From an uncultured virus (IMG/VR IMGVR_UViG_2687453470_000001) (lineage: Duplodnaviria; Heunggongvirae; Uroviricota; Caudoviricetes), in IMG/VR virus record IMGVR_UViG_2687453470_000001: 64,000 nt of DNA; one strand, given 5' to 3'. Position numbers and translations under genes: made by a program. Shown here piece by piece: positions 46,151 to 56,194 of the stretch (within the stretch, counting starts at the first letter, position 1; every line of letters starts with the position of its first letter). The notes under the pieces are model-generated. The model was given only the letters and a program-made list of their open reading frames with translations, was not told where the DNA came from and ran no database searches.

Positions 46151-47268
46151 GCTGTCATCCCCGTTTTCGCTAAGGTTTCAATTTCTTGTTTAACTGCAGT
46201 TAGTTTTGCCGCTTCAATTTGGATCAGGGCATCTATGCCGAAGTGCTCACAAACTGTTTTTACATCGAGGCCACGTTCAGCAATAAAGTTTTGAAGTTCA
46301 TCTCTTTGTTGATCTGAGATACCGTTAAATTCTGGTGGACTAATCCAAGTGCCACGTTGTTTATCAAACGTGCAATTCAATGCTTTAGCTCTCATTAACA
46401 TTGCTTGGCGCATGTTCTGGTAATACATGTGTTCTTTATCAAGCGACTCAGTTAATTGATTAAGGTCACCTGCATGCTCAGCTTCTTCACAGCTTTGTTT
46501 CCAGTTTTCTAGCTCTTCTTGGGCTTTAGCTGCTGCAAGTTGTGCAGGCGTTAAGGTGTTAATGTGATCTTTAGCTTGAGTAATCAGGTCAGCCAAGAAA
46601 GTAGGATGTGCTTTAAGATCTGGTACCCATACTTCACCAGTTTCACCACCTAAAGCACCTGAGTTTTTCGCATGATGTGTAGGCGAGGGTTTAAAATTAA
46701 TAACGCGGGCATTTTTACCTTCACCTGTAGTAACAGTTGTTAGATAACCCATCACATCTGCGATACGGTAAAGCTCGTTACGGTTTTTACCACCTAGATC
46801 TGGTCGGTAAATAATTTGATCACCGTTTTGATCTTCTGAAGCGTGTGCAATGAAAACAACGTCTTTACCTAAACTGATCAAAGTATTGATGTATTGCTTG
46901 AACGTTTGGTTCGCTAATCCTTGAGCCTTTAACTTTAAAGAACCATCTTTTTGACGGTTATTTGCCGTAAGTAACAGGTGGGTTTTAATGCATTCAAGCA
47001 TTGCACCCACGGTATCAATGACTACGGTTTTATAGGGTGCTAAGTCCTGCGGCGTAAGGTTTGCAACATCACTCCATTGTTGAACCTGTACAACCGCACC
47101 TCGACGTAATTCACCAGTACGGTGAGCACCACGGTCAAAGTCAAAAGAAATTGCTTTTTCCGCAGTAAAGCCCATCGATGATTTACCTAAACCCGGATCA
47201 GCGTATAGGTACACAATAATTGCTTGAACTAATAAAGTTTGGTCAGCAGTAATAATCGGTAGAGCCAT
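46147..47268 (-). CDS. AAA ATPase, Sak4-like recombinase
   Basis: YADPGLGKSS Walker A, VVIDT Walker B, FIAH, AKNS. Confidence 0.85.
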   Translation of the reverse strand: MALPIITADQTLLVQAIIVYLYADPGLGKSSMGFTAEKAISFDFDRGAHRTGELRRGAVVQVQQWSDVANLTPQDLAPYKTVVIDTVGAMLECIKTHLLLTANNRQKDGSLKLKAQGLANQTFKQYINTLISLGKDVVFIAHASEDQNGDQIIYRPDLGGKNRNELYRIADVMGYLTTVTTGEGKNARVINFKPSPTHHAKNSGALGGETGEVWVPDLKAHPTFLADLITQAKDHINTLTPAQLAAAKAQEELENWKQSCEEAEHAGDLNQLTESLDKEHMYYQNMRQAMLMRAKALNCTFDKQRGTWISPPEFNGISDQQRDELQNFIAERGLDVKTVCEHFGIDALIQIEAAKLTAVKQEIETLAKTGMTA

Positions 47269-47279
47269 TTTTATTATCC

Positions 47280-47603
47280 TTATCTTGAGCCAGTGAAGCC
47301 GCGCTTAGTTTTATAAGCTTTGCGGTCATAGGTAGGGATATTTGTTTCACGCAGTTTTATAGCGAGCTGCTTTCTGCGCTGAAAATCAATTTCTTGTGTG
47401 AGTTCATTCCAAACTTTTGGATAGTCAGTTTGGAACCTGAACACATTTAAAGGCGTCTTAAATCCGTCTTTAACTTTGTAAAGAACTGAGCCATTAGCAT
47501 TAGATGCGTACACTTGCCAGCCGATGCGAACTGAATACAGCCCTTTATCATCACGACCTAAAAAAGACTTATAGCCGTCAGGGTGCTTTTTGAAATTAGA
47601 CAT
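47280..47603 (-). CDS. Hypothetical protein; homologue of 3426..3746
   Basis: RDD.G.Y.VR.G.QV. Confidence 0.75.
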   Translation of the reverse strand: MSNFKKHPDGYKSFLGRDDKGLYSVRIGWQVYASNANGSVLYKVKDGFKTPLNVFRFQTDYPKVWNELTQEIDFQRRKQLAIKLRETNIPTYDRKAYKTKRGFTGSR

Positions 47604-47886
47604 GTTCAGCCTCCTTACATTCGCATGCACCAACAAAGGCATACGTAAGCGGGCTAGGAGCATCTACAGGTGAGACGTCCTTAATATTTAAAGGAATAAT
47701 TTCTTTGCGATATTTAACTAAAACCACATCACCTTCACGGCAATCGACAATTCCTTCTTTTGAAGAAAAACGAGCAGATTTAGAAGATTGGGTTACTCTG
47801 CAAAATGAAACCTCATCACCAGCTTTGATTTTTGAACGGTCAACAGGAATCATCTTCTTGCAAGTAGGGCAGTTGTAATCTTTCAT
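47596..47886 (-). CDS. Hypothetical protein with Cys motifs
   Basis: CPTC...CEC. Confidence 0.65.
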   Translation of the reverse strand: MKDYNCPTCKKMIPVDRSKIKAGDEVSFCRVTQSSKSARFSSKEGIVDCREGDVVLVKYRKEIIPLNIKDVSPVDAPSPLTYAFVGACECKEAEHV

Positions 47887-48329
47887 TAGGCTGCCTCCAC
47901 CAACTTGTTACGTTCGATGAAGCCTTTTAGAAGGCTATTGATGTTGCGGATGTCTTCAAATTCGGTGAAATCGTTATATGACTTACCATTAATGTCAGTG
48001 ATTTCATTTACTGTGAGTTGGGTAATATCAACAGTGGTGAATTCAGAACCCGGAACGCCGTAGCTGTCTGGATGAGCTTCAAAATCAAAGCTAACGTTTA
48101 AACGGAAGCTATCTAATTTAATTACAGCAACTCCAGAATGCTTACCTGTGATTTTTGCGGTTAACACGCTGTAAGTACTTGGTTGAGTTTTAGGTGTAAA
48201 AAGAGTAGGTGCGTCTTTTGTTTGGAAAGCTGGTTGCAATTGGCAAGCAACTAAAGAACCACCAGAGATTGCAAGAGCAGCCATGCTGACAAATGCAAAT
48301 GAGTTGAAAGGGGTAGCTTTTACGTTCAT
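47886..48329 (-). CDS. First pL gene; N-terminal signal/lipoprotein-like segment
   Basis: Hydrophobic stretch + LVAC; start 48329. Confidence 0.65.
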   Translation of the reverse strand: MNVKATPFNSFAFVSMAALAISGGSLVACQLQPAFQTKDAPTLFTPKTQPSTYSVLTAKITGKHSGVAVIKLDSFRLNVSFDFEAHPDSYGVPGSEFTTVDITQLTVNEITDINGKSYNDFTEFEDIRNINSLLKGFIERNKLVEAA

Positions 48330-48405
48330 AATTGATCTCGCAGTTTGCAAAAGCACATCGGACCTGGGGAGGGCGGTGTGCTTTTTTGTTGTCTGTGAGA
48401 TAAAT

Positions 48406-48464
48406 ATAAGAAAACTTATTTTTATTGTCAATAAGAAATCTTATTTAAATTTAAGAAATCTTAT
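48406..48464. promoter_or_regulatory. OL operators of prophage 2 (ATAAGAAATCTTAT-like, three sites)
   Basis: 14-bp palindromes at 48406, 48431 and 48451. Confidence 0.78.
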
Positions 48465-48519
48465 TTTTATGCTTTAATAGACAAAAGAAAACCCACACGG
48501 GGTGGGTTCGAAGGGGGGA

Positions 48520-50787
48520 TTAGTTGTAATTTTGAGGAAGTTCCCATAATGCTTCTGTCTTTAGACGCAATTTTTTTTGATTTTCCTTGAGACTATTCTC
48601 AATTTCCTTTATTAGTTTATGTTGTTTTACTATTTGATCTTTAACCTCTTCAGGAGGATTCGGGATCTCAATATTCAAAAACATTTCATCAGGAATACTG
48701 CGTCGTCTCTCTACACTGCCTTGCATTTTACTTTTGTATATTTTTCTTAGAGAATTAGATCTCAAAATCAAATCCAAATATTCTACATTAACTTCTCGTT
48801 TTAATCTAAAGATTTTGTATGCTGGGCTTACGGCAGCAGCATCGTAATATTTTTGAAATCCTAGAACACCTTCATCTATAGGGAACCCCATTACAAGTTC
48901 ATTTTTAAAAACCTTTTTATACCCAGAAATATCAGAACTTGCGACTCGTTTTTTAAATTTCTCATGCTGATCAATTAAGCCATGTTCCATAGTGATACTC
49001 ATAATAGGTATATTTGTATCCTCTCCCACTTTGACTTTGCCAGACAAGGATAGGAGTTCTTTTAGTTTTATAGTTGGGAATTTTGATTTTATATGTGAAT
49101 TACTATAGTGAGCATAATTATAAATATAATCATTGCTTCTGATTAATTCTGGATTAACTTTTAAGAAACCTAATTCATTATAATATTTATCAAAGTCGCT
49201 CTTATTTAAATCAGCAAAATCTAAATTTTTTAAATCATTTTCGTCAATTTTTCTACGGAAAGAATCTAAACTTAGGCCATCATTTGTCACATTGTAGTAA
49301 AAAACGTCAGAATTTGTTCTACCATTATGACAGTTGGTAAAGTAGAGTATATTGGTTTTAACTTTTGCATATGGCAGAAAAACTTCTTTTGGAAGTGAAA
49401 CTACTGCTTTTAGTTGGGCGTTTTCAAATAAATACTTCCTTACTGGAGCTAAAGCGGCTTTAAAAAGAAAGCCTTCAGGTACTACTAATGCCATTCGCCC
49501 TCCTTTTTTTGTTGCTTTAAAGCAATGTAGAACACATACTCCATCACCATCGTTTTTAGCTAACTTATTCTCATATAAGTGAGAATAAGAAGTTTTTTGA
49601 GAAAATGGCATGTTGGTTATAACCACATCATATTCAGATTCAATAGGGTTTTGAAGTGTGTCTATCTGGCAAATTCCACTATGCCCATCCCCATGCAGAA
49701 TCATATTCATTTTTGCGAGTTTTGCATTTGAGGTAATTTCTCTTCCAAAAATAGTATTATGTTTAAGCTTGATTTCTTCACTACTATTGTTTGCAATTAA
49801 AGTGTTATCTTTTATATGATCAAATGCCTCTGTTAAAAAACCACCTGTCCCACAAAAAGGGTCATAGATCTTTTCACCATATTTAGGGTTGACTAAGTTA
49901 ACAATGGTTTTAGTTATGTGACGTGGAGTAAAATATTCTCCTAAGTCATTATTAGTTGCTGTAGCTTGCTGTAAGAAATACTCAAAAGCATCTCCTTTAA
50001 TATCGGTATCTATTGATGAGAGTTTTAACTTATCCAACTCTTTGATCATCTCTTTAACAGCAACAGGGTTGGTTAGCTGTAAATTTGTAAAAACAGAAGC
50101 ACCATATTGTCTATCAATATCTTGTAGTATGTTATTAGTTGTATTAATTAGCAAATCATTATCGAGACTTTTGAGAGAATTCCAAATACCTGTATTAGCA
50201 TTCTCTGTATACAATTTTAAAAAAAGAATGTTTGCAAATTCTGAAAGCCTTTCTATACCAGCTCTTAAACCTTCACCTCTTAGTGAGTTATTTAACTTCT
50301 TGAAAACATTAATTAACTCTTTGCGAGAGACTAAAATTTCTTTAGGTGTAATATAAATACCATTTGTTTCCTGCAATATGAACTCTTTAGCTTCATTTAC
50401 TCTTATTAATTCATTAACCTCATTTTCATCAATAAATAATGGTTTTTGGGTATACAAATGCCGTGTTTCGCAGAAACCATTATTCATTGCAAATATCAAA
50501 GGTGCATCAAGCATTTCAGCATATTCGGTTGCCTGATCCAGTGCTTTTGTTAAGCTTTTTCCACCTGATTTCGTTTCAATTACACCGATTGGCCGCTTAT
50601 TTTGTGAATCGAAAAGAACATAATCGGGTCTTTTTTTACTTTTCTTGAGAAACTCATTATTAACAATTCTTAAGATATCTGATTCAAAAAAGACATTTTT
50701 GTTTGGATCTTGAATGTCCAAGATCCAGCCCTTGTTAATCAAATTATTGTTAACAATAAAACGTGTATCTTGCTCAATATTAGACAT
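48520..50787 (-). CDS. Single-chain restriction-modification enzyme (HsdR-N nuclease + N6-MTase + one TRD; Type IIG-like)
   Basis: RPDY..IETK nuclease; GEYFTPR, YDPFCGTGGFL and NMPF methylase motifs; C-terminal S-like VSPAY...I.IP.PP.E...QIV. Confidence 0.88.
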   Translation of the reverse strand: MSNIEQDTRFIVNNNLINKGWILDIQDPNKNVFFESDILRIVNNEFLKKSKKRPDYVLFDSQNKRPIGVIETKSGGKSLTKALDQATEYAEMLDAPLIFAMNNGFCETRHLYTQKPLFIDENEVNELIRVNEAKEFILQETNGIYITPKEILVSRKELINVFKKLNNSLRGEGLRAGIERLSEFANILFLKLYTENANTGIWNSLKSLDNDLLINTTNNILQDIDRQYGASVFTNLQLTNPVAVKEMIKELDKLKLSSIDTDIKGDAFEYFLQQATATNNDLGEYFTPRHITKTIVNLVNPKYGEKIYDPFCGTGGFLTEAFDHIKDNTLIANNSSEEIKLKHNTIFGREITSNAKLAKMNMILHGDGHSGICQIDTLQNPIESEYDVVITNMPFSQKTSYSHLYENKLAKNDGDGVCVLHCFKATKKGGRMALVVPEGFLFKAALAPVRKYLFENAQLKAVVSLPKEVFLPYAKVKTNILYFTNCHNGRTNSDVFYYNVTNDGLSLDSFRRKIDENDLKNLDFADLNKSDFDKYYNELGFLKVNPELIRSNDYIYNYAHYSNSHIKSKFPTIKLKELLSLSGKVKVGEDTNIPIMSITMEHGLIDQHEKFKKRVASSDISGYKKVFKNELVMGFPIDEGVLGFQKYYDAAAVSPAYKIFRLKREVNVEYLDLILRSNSLRKIYKSKMQGSVERRRSIPDEMFLNIEIPNPPEEVKDQIVKQHKLIKEIENSLKENQKKLRLKTEALWELPQNYN

Positions 50788-50919
50788 ATTGCATAATCCC
50801 AATATCTACTATAAAAACTATTGGCAATCTACACATTACACACTAAAACATCAATAAATATTACTATCTAATAAGTGATATACCCCACATTTAAAAGACT
50901 GTGTCGGGTTCACAGTTTA

Positions 50920-51135
50920 TTAATCTTTGGTGTTATTAATTTTCTGACCTAGCTTTCCTTCTTTTACCAACTGCACGACCTGCTCATTAGTAAGCACAGG
51001 AATAAAGACTTTGTCGCCAATATCTTTAGAAAGAATCTTTACTTCTTCAGCGGTTAGCACCAAAGCTTCACCATGTTTAGCAGCATCATTGATGCGAGCA
51101 ATAATCTGATTGATTGGTAGTTTAGAGTTGTCCAT
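50920..51135 (-). CDS. Small protein downstream of cI
   Basis: 71 aa ORF co-oriented with cI. Confidence 0.65.
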   Translation of the reverse strand: MDNSKLPINQIIARINDAAKHGEALVLTAEEVKILSKDIGDKVFIPVLTNEQVVQLVKEGKLGQKINNTKD

Positions 51136-51149
51136 AAGTCTTCCTGTGA

Positions 51150-51914
51150 TTAATGCGAATAAGGATGTTCTTGTCTGTGCTGACTTGGCGGCACGATATC
51201 TGTAATAGCGGTAATACTTTCAACCTCGTCCATTTCAAAGAAAAATCGCTCACCACCATTCACAGAAAGCAAACTTAAAACCCCACCATTGATGCCGACA
51301 AATTCTTTAATTGTGCATCTTCCATCCTTCAAGCACACCTGAACAAACTCATTCGGCACAAGCTCTGCATCTGGATCGCAAACTACATACCAACCATTAC
51401 GAATTGCTGGAAACATTGAGTCGCCAGTGCCTTTAATACCATAGGCTCTTGGTCCTGCTGAGTGAGTTGGAACATAACCATCACCACCGTTACCTTCGTA
51501 ACCCATATCTGTGAAATACCCATCCATACCCATCTTTGAATAGGCTTTAACAGGAACGTATCTTTTTTGGGTGGGGAATGGTTTAACAGGTGTTTCAATA
51601 AATTTAACAGCATCTTCGCTATCGGGAATATTGTATTTTTTCTTAAAAGCTTCGATATCCAGAACTTTCAATTGTGCAACAGTGCTATCCAACTTGGGAC
51701 CGCTTTCATCTCCATTAGTTATATACGAAGTCGACACTCCGAAATAAGCGGCCATTTTGCTTAATGGGTCTGCTTTAGGAGCATAAGCATCTTTCTCCCA
51801 ACCAGTAACATTAGGCGCACTAACCCCAGCGATTTTTGCCAACTCGCCTTGGGTTAATTTCTTTTCTCTTCGTAAGGCGCGAATACGCTGACCCATAGTT
51901 TCTAGATTCTTCAT
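51150..51914 (-). CDS. cI: CI repressor (HTH + S24 peptidase)
   Basis: RIRALR...LTQ.ELA...GVS...V..WE; GDSMFP; TIKE. Confidence 0.92.
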   Translation of the reverse strand: MKNLETMGQRIRALRREKKLTQGELAKIAGVSAPNVTGWEKDAYAPKADPLSKMAAYFGVSTSYITNGDESGPKLDSTVAQLKVLDIEAFKKKYNIPDSEDAVKFIETPVKPFPTQKRYVPVKAYSKMGMDGYFTDMGYEGNGGDGYVPTHSAGPRAYGIKGTGDSMFPAIRNGWYVVCDPDAELVPNEFVQVCLKDGRCTIKEFVGINGGVLSLLSVNGGERFFFEMDEVESITAITDIVPPSQHRQEHPYSH

Positions 51915-51975
51915 ATAAGTTATCTTACATCTTGCAAAAATAAGTTATCTTTGTTTTAATACTAAGAAATCTTAT
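51915..51975. promoter_or_regulatory. OR operators of prophage 2
   Basis: ATAAGTTATCTTAC, ATAAGTTATCTTTG, CTAAGAAATCTTAT. Confidence 0.75.
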
Positions 51976-51992
51976 TTTTTGAGGTTGCACAA

Positions 51993-52178
51993 ATGACCAA
52001 ACAGGAAGCTTATGAGTTGCTTGGTGTCAATGGTGTTGGCTTGGCAAAGTTATTAGGAATTGAACCACCTGCTGTTTACCAGTGGTCAAATGAAAAAATC
52101 CCTTTAGCTCGCGAATACCAAATCAGAGACTTGGCAAATGGCAAAGAGCCAATCAAACGAACTACTTCAAATGCTTAG
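51993..52178 (+). CDS. cro: Cro
   Basis: LAKLLGI...AVYQW...IP..R.YQI. Confidence 0.88.
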   Translation: MTKQEAYELLGVNGVGLAKLLGIEPPAVYQWSNEKIPLAREYQIRDLANGKEPIKRTTSNA

Positions 52179-52187
52179 GACCTAACC

Positions 52188-52544
52188 ATGAGCAAATTAT
52201 CAGTTGATATATCTGCAAGCGCCAGAAATGGCGTATCCCGCATATTGCATGGTCTTGATATAAGCAACCAAAAAGAGATTGCTGAACAATTAAAAGTTGA
52301 TCCAAGCACTATTACTCGGCTTAAAACAGATAAGAAAAACAATGGCTTGAATGAAATTGAAATGTTTTGCGAGCTATTGAGCTTGCTTGGTTTAAAAGTC
52401 GTTCCTAAAGATTATCAGAGCATTGATAAAGAACGGGTTGCTGCACTTTTAGTCATGTCTAAAAGCTGGATGAACCGTATTGAAACAGTGGATGACTTAT
52501 TTCACGACGAAATCAGCGTTAAGAAAGAAAAGCTTGGATATTAA
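52188..52544 (+). CDS. cII: CII-family regulator
   Basis: Q..IA..L.VD.STITRLK...LL..LGLKVVP. Confidence 0.82.
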   Translation: MSKLSVDISASARNGVSRILHGLDISNQKEIAEQLKVDPSTITRLKTDKKNNGLNEIEMFCELLSLLGLKVVPKDYQSIDKERVAALLVMSKSWMNRIETVDDLFHDEISVKKEKLGY

Positions 52545-52598
52545 AAACCACTACCTGCGCGAACAGGAGTGGTTTCGCATTCACAAATTTAGGAACCC

Positions 52599-52877
52599 AT
52601 GAATATGCAAAACAATTTAGCAAATCAATCGGCTAATTACAACACACCAGAATTTATACCTGGTGACGTTGTAGTGCTTACTAAAGAGTGCCGTACTTTC
52701 AAATCAAATGATTTGTTTGAAGTTAAAAATAAAACTTTGACTAGGTTGTGGACTATCAAATCGGAGAATCATTTGATTCTGGTTTCATCAAAAGAAATCC
52801 GTACAGCAACAGTAGCAGAGCTCAACGCTAAACGCCGCCTAACAAAAGCTGAGCAAGCATTAGCGGAGGTGTCATGA
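52599..52877 (+). CDS. Hypothetical protein
   Basis: ORF in the rightward early operon. Confidence 0.65.
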   Translation: MNMQNNLANQSANYNTPEFIPGDVVVLTKECRTFKSNDLFEVKNKTLTRLWTIKSENHLILVSSKEIRTATVAELNAKRRLTKAEQALAEVS

Positions 52878-53170
52878 ACAGCTTTACACACCAAATCAAA
52901 GATTCTCGCCAGCAAAGTGAAATCCAATCTTTCTATGAGCCTGCATTGCGAGTACTTGGCCACCTATTTGAGGTGAAAAAGCAAAATTTACGAAACAAGG
53001 GGTATGACGAAAATAATGCGGCGGTAACCAAGGTTGAATTTTCAGAGGCTATGGCTCGTCAATTTCGCATAACGCAGTGGTTAGCACAACAGATTGTAAC
53101 CAGCTTAACCAAAGCGTGTTTGGTTGATTCGTTTGGTGGCTATGTTAAGCCAAAGGATGGTGAAAAGTGA
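52874..53170 (+). CDS. Hypothetical protein; homologue of 5749..6075
   Basis: Shared motif. Confidence 0.72.
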   Translation: MNSFTHQIKDSRQQSEIQSFYEPALRVLGHLFEVKKQNLRNKGYDENNAAVTKVEFSEAMARQFRITQWLAQQIVTSLTKACLVDSFGGYVKPKDGEK

Positions 53171-53523
53171 GATATGCAGTAAGAAGAAAACAGGATATTT
53201 CCGTTTCCACCACACCGCTAGAGGTGGTGATTCCACTGGAACAACCAGTAAAGATCTATTCGGCTAAAGAATTAGCAGCCATGCCACTTTCAGTTATGAA
53301 TGCCGCAATTGAGGCTCAGGAAAGATTTTATCAACTTGAGGAATTAACTCATATGGGGGGGCAGGCTATAGCAGTTCGCCGTCTTATGGAGGATGGGCAC
53401 AAACTAATTCAGGTGAAAGAAAAGTCTCGCATTCGCTACAAAATCAACAACGAATTTATTCCTCCAAGAATTATTCGTCAGTTGGAAATGCGCGGATTAG
53501 TGAAGCTTGGAAGGGGTAAGTAA
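53167..53523 (+). CDS. Hypothetical protein
   Basis: Coupled ORF. Confidence 0.65.
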   Translation: MRYAVRRKQDISVSTTPLEVVIPLEQPVKIYSAKELAAMPLSVMNAAIEAQERFYQLEELTHMGGQAIAVRRLMEDGHKLIQVKEKSRIRYKINNEFIPPRIIRQLEMRGLVKLGRGK

Positions 53524-53533
53524 TGATTATTAT

Positions 53534-54052
53534 CACCCCTTCAAAGCCCCTTCGAACCCCCTTCAAAGGAGATAAATAACCATGCGTGACTATGGGAAAG
53601 TCTCACCACATTTCTGGACGGGAACTACGGGAAAAAAACTTCGTCAAACACCTGAAGGCTTAATTGTCGCTATGTATTTAATGACAAGCCCTCACGCGAA
53701 CATGCTTGGCTTGTATTACATACCCCTTCTATATATTGCTCATGAAACTGGCTTGGGCTTTGAAGGGGCTTCTAAGGGGCTTCAAAGAGCCTGTGAAGCG
53801 GGGTTTTGTAGCTATGACGAAGCCACGGAGACAGTCTGGGTGCACGAGATGGCACGTTTTCAAGTAGCTGAGTCATTAAAGCCAGCCGATAACCGCTGTA
53901 AGAACGTGCAAAAAGAGTATGATTCATTGCCGTCAAGCCCTTATTTATCAAGCTTTTTCGATAAATATGCACAAGCATTTTGTATGACTCAAAAGCGTGG
54001 CGAAAACGCCAAAATAGATAACCCCTTACAAGCCCCTTCAAAGCCCCTTCGA
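53534..54052. repeat. 11-bp iterons (AGCCCCTTCRA) in three clusters
   Basis: 53534-53566 (three, +), about 53760-53781 (two, -), 54020-54052 (three, +). Confidence 0.78.
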
Positions 54053-54475
54053 AGCCAGGAACAGGAACAGGAGCAGGAACAGGAGCAAGAACAAGAAAAT
54101 ACTCACACACAAAACGCGGCTGAAAATTTTTCAGCGAAAGAAGAATCTTGGAAACCAAATCGTGAACTTTTGCTGAATGTTCTTAGGACTTCACAAGTGG
54201 GTGCACAAGCAGAGCAGGTTTTAGAAATGCCAAATTATGAATTTCATCTTGGCAACTTCAATGCTCACTGGGAAAACAAAATTGATCTCACTGAAAACCA
54301 ACGAACTCGAAAGTTTGCAACTTGGTTAATTCAGGAATTCACAAAGTCGATAAGACCTAAAAAACAAAACTCACCAATGAAAACTGCACCAGCAAGAGAC
54401 GTAAACAGTGCTTGGGGTGATTCAAAACAGTATGCACCAGCCACAGATGATATCGATGTAGGGGAGATGCTATGA
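53582..54475 (+). CDS. Replication initiator
   Basis: MRDYGKVSP.FW...YLMTSPH.NMLG; QE repeat linker; iterons; precedes DnaC. Confidence 0.8.
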   Translation: MRDYGKVSPHFWTGTTGKKLRQTPEGLIVAMYLMTSPHANMLGLYYIPLLYIAHETGLGFEGASKGLQRACEAGFCSYDEATETVWVHEMARFQVAESLKPADNRCKNVQKEYDSLPSSPYLSSFFDKYAQAFCMTQKRGENAKIDNPLQAPSKPLRSQEQEQEQEQEQEQENTHTQNAAENFSAKEESWKPNRELLLNVLRTSQVGAQAEQVLEMPNYEFHLGNFNAHWENKIDLTENQRTRKFATWLIQEFTKSIRPKKQNSPMKTAPARDVNSAWGDSKQYAPATDDIDVGEML

Positions 54476-55242
54476 ATGCATTGAGCAAACAATTCAAAAC
54501 TGAGCTGGTACAAACTAATCAGTTTTGCCCTAAACACAATGAGTTAATGGTTTTATTAATTGGTCGTCCAGTTTGCCAAACATGTGCAAATGAAGCGTAT
54601 GTGAAATCACAAATTGAACACGCACACCAAGTCAACCTCATGGTACGCGAGAAACATTTTGCCGGAGCAAAACTCCCTGAGCGCCACAAGGAAAGCGGAT
54701 TTAAAAATTATATGGTGAGTATCGATCCACAGAAAGAGGCTAAAGCTGCTTGCCATAAATTTGTTCAAGATTTTAATTCAGGGAAGAAGCGCAATCTGAT
54801 TATGGTTGGGCGCACAGGAACAGGAAAAACCCATCTTGCATGTGCTATTGCTCGTAACGTTTTAGACAAGCGGAGTTATGTTCGTTACGTCACCTCAGAA
54901 GACATGGCAAATGAAATTGCCACTGCATGGACAAAGCCAGATGACAATGAAGCAAATGCAATTTTTCGCTTCACGGACTGTGATTTATTGATATTGGATG
55001 AATATGGTTTGCACGACCAACACGAGAGTCGATTGCAGCTCGTTCATAAAGTTTTATATGCACGTTATGACGAAAAAAAGCCGACAGTTTTAATTTCCAA
55101 CATGACGCTTGAGTCTACAGAAAAGGCGCAAGGTTTGAAGGAAAACTTAGGGGACCGTTTATGGTCTCGGTTTCAACATGACGGTTTGACAGTAGTTGAA
55201 TGTGACTGGGATGACTTGCGTTTTGGTGGGGCAGGATCATGA
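54472..55242 (+). CDS. DnaC/IstB-like helicase loader ATPase
   Basis: GRTGTGKTHLA, LLILDE, ISN, DRL.SR. Confidence 0.92.
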   Translation: MNALSKQFKTELVQTNQFCPKHNELMVLLIGRPVCQTCANEAYVKSQIEHAHQVNLMVREKHFAGAKLPERHKESGFKNYMVSIDPQKEAKAACHKFVQDFNSGKKRNLIMVGRTGTGKTHLACAIARNVLDKRSYVRYVTSEDMANEIATAWTKPDDNEANAIFRFTDCDLLILDEYGLHDQHESRLQLVHKVLYARYDEKKPTVLISNMTLESTEKAQGLKENLGDRLWSRFQHDGLTVVECDWDDLRFGGAGS

Positions 55243-55373
55243 CTAAATTCGAGATTTTAAGCTGTGGCTTACTCATTTCGTGTGTAACAGCAGTACTTTG
55301 CGGTGCGGTGGTTTTGTGGTGGTTGGCGCGTAAAGAGCTTGATGAGAAAGGAGCCAGCCATGAAAGCAACTAA
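55239..55373 (+). CDS. Small membrane protein, 44 aa (MTKFEILSC...)
   Basis: Read manually; ATGA overlap; one TM helix. Confidence 0.55.
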   Translation: MTKFEILSCGLLISCVTAVLCGAVVLWWLARKELDEKGASHESN

Positions 55374-55782
55374 ATTGATTAGAGATAAAGGACTGCAATA
55401 CGCGAAGGAAATCGTAGATTCAGCACCCGATAACGCAACTGAATGGAACGAGGGTTATGAGTTCCAATGTGGTCAAAGTGTAGAAATCAGCCCAGCAGAT
55501 CGTGAGAAGTATTTTGTAGATTTGGTTGAGCTTAAACGTCTGGTGGAGTCTTTGAAAATCATCAACGATTTAGGTGGAGTTGAGAAGCTAACGCCTGCAT
55601 TCATTACGACAGATAAGCATGTTGGTTACACGCATGTTCGCATGGTGGGAAATGGGAGATTGAGCTTTCTTGATGATTTTTGCGACTTCATTCCAGATGG
55701 TTCCATTTCAATTAAGCGTGTGATGACTGCTATCCGCGACCACGAATCAATATACGGAGGCGGTGAATCTCATGCCAACTAG
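55360..55782 (+). CDS. Hypothetical nin-region protein
   Basis: AAGGAG RBS; start 55360. Confidence 0.7.
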   Translation: MKATKLIRDKGLQYAKEIVDSAPDNATEWNEGYEFQCGQSVEISPADREKYFVDLVELKRLVESLKIINDLGGVEKLTPAFITTDKHVGYTHVRMVGNGRLSFLDDFCDFIPDGSISIKRVMTAIRDHESIYGGGESHAN

Positions 55783-56194
55783 ATATAACACAGGCGAGTA
55801 TAGCTACGATCTTGAATATCACTATGGAGATATGTCAGCAAGCATGGAGATGCTTAGAGCACGTTTAATTGAATTGTTGACTCCTCATCTGTCTGGCCGT
55901 TATGTGAAATGGAGAGAAGCATATTTCACATGGTTTACAAAGTGCGGCGGGGATTCGGGGTGGATGTTTTGTGTAGGTCCACACGAATTTCATATTGATG
56001 GGGCGTTAAGGCGCTATTACTCAGGTTCTATTGATATTACCTACAACCAGAAAGATCGATGTTTCTTGGTGGGTGAGAAAAAGAAAGTCAAATGTAAGGC
56101 TTGTAAGGGGTTTGGCTTCATTCGAGATGATGGGTGGGGGCATATAGATAAATGTGAAATGTGTGATGCAGAAAAAGGAGCCAGCCATGAGTGA
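55772..56194 (+). CDS. Hypothetical protein with C-terminal Zn finger
   Basis: CKACKGFG...CEMC. Confidence 0.7.
   Translation: MPTRYNTGEYSYDLEYHYGDMSASMEMLRARLIELLTPHLSGRYVKWREAYFTWFTKCGGDSGWMFCVGPHEFHIDGALRRYYSGSIDITYNQKDRCFLVGEKKKVKCKACKGFGFIRDDGWGHIDKCEMCDAEKGASHE

Noticed and set aside
54056..54097. CAGGAA-type hexamer tandem repeat as a contingency locus
   Set aside because: In-frame QE linker common in phage initiators; unit changes would not shift the frame
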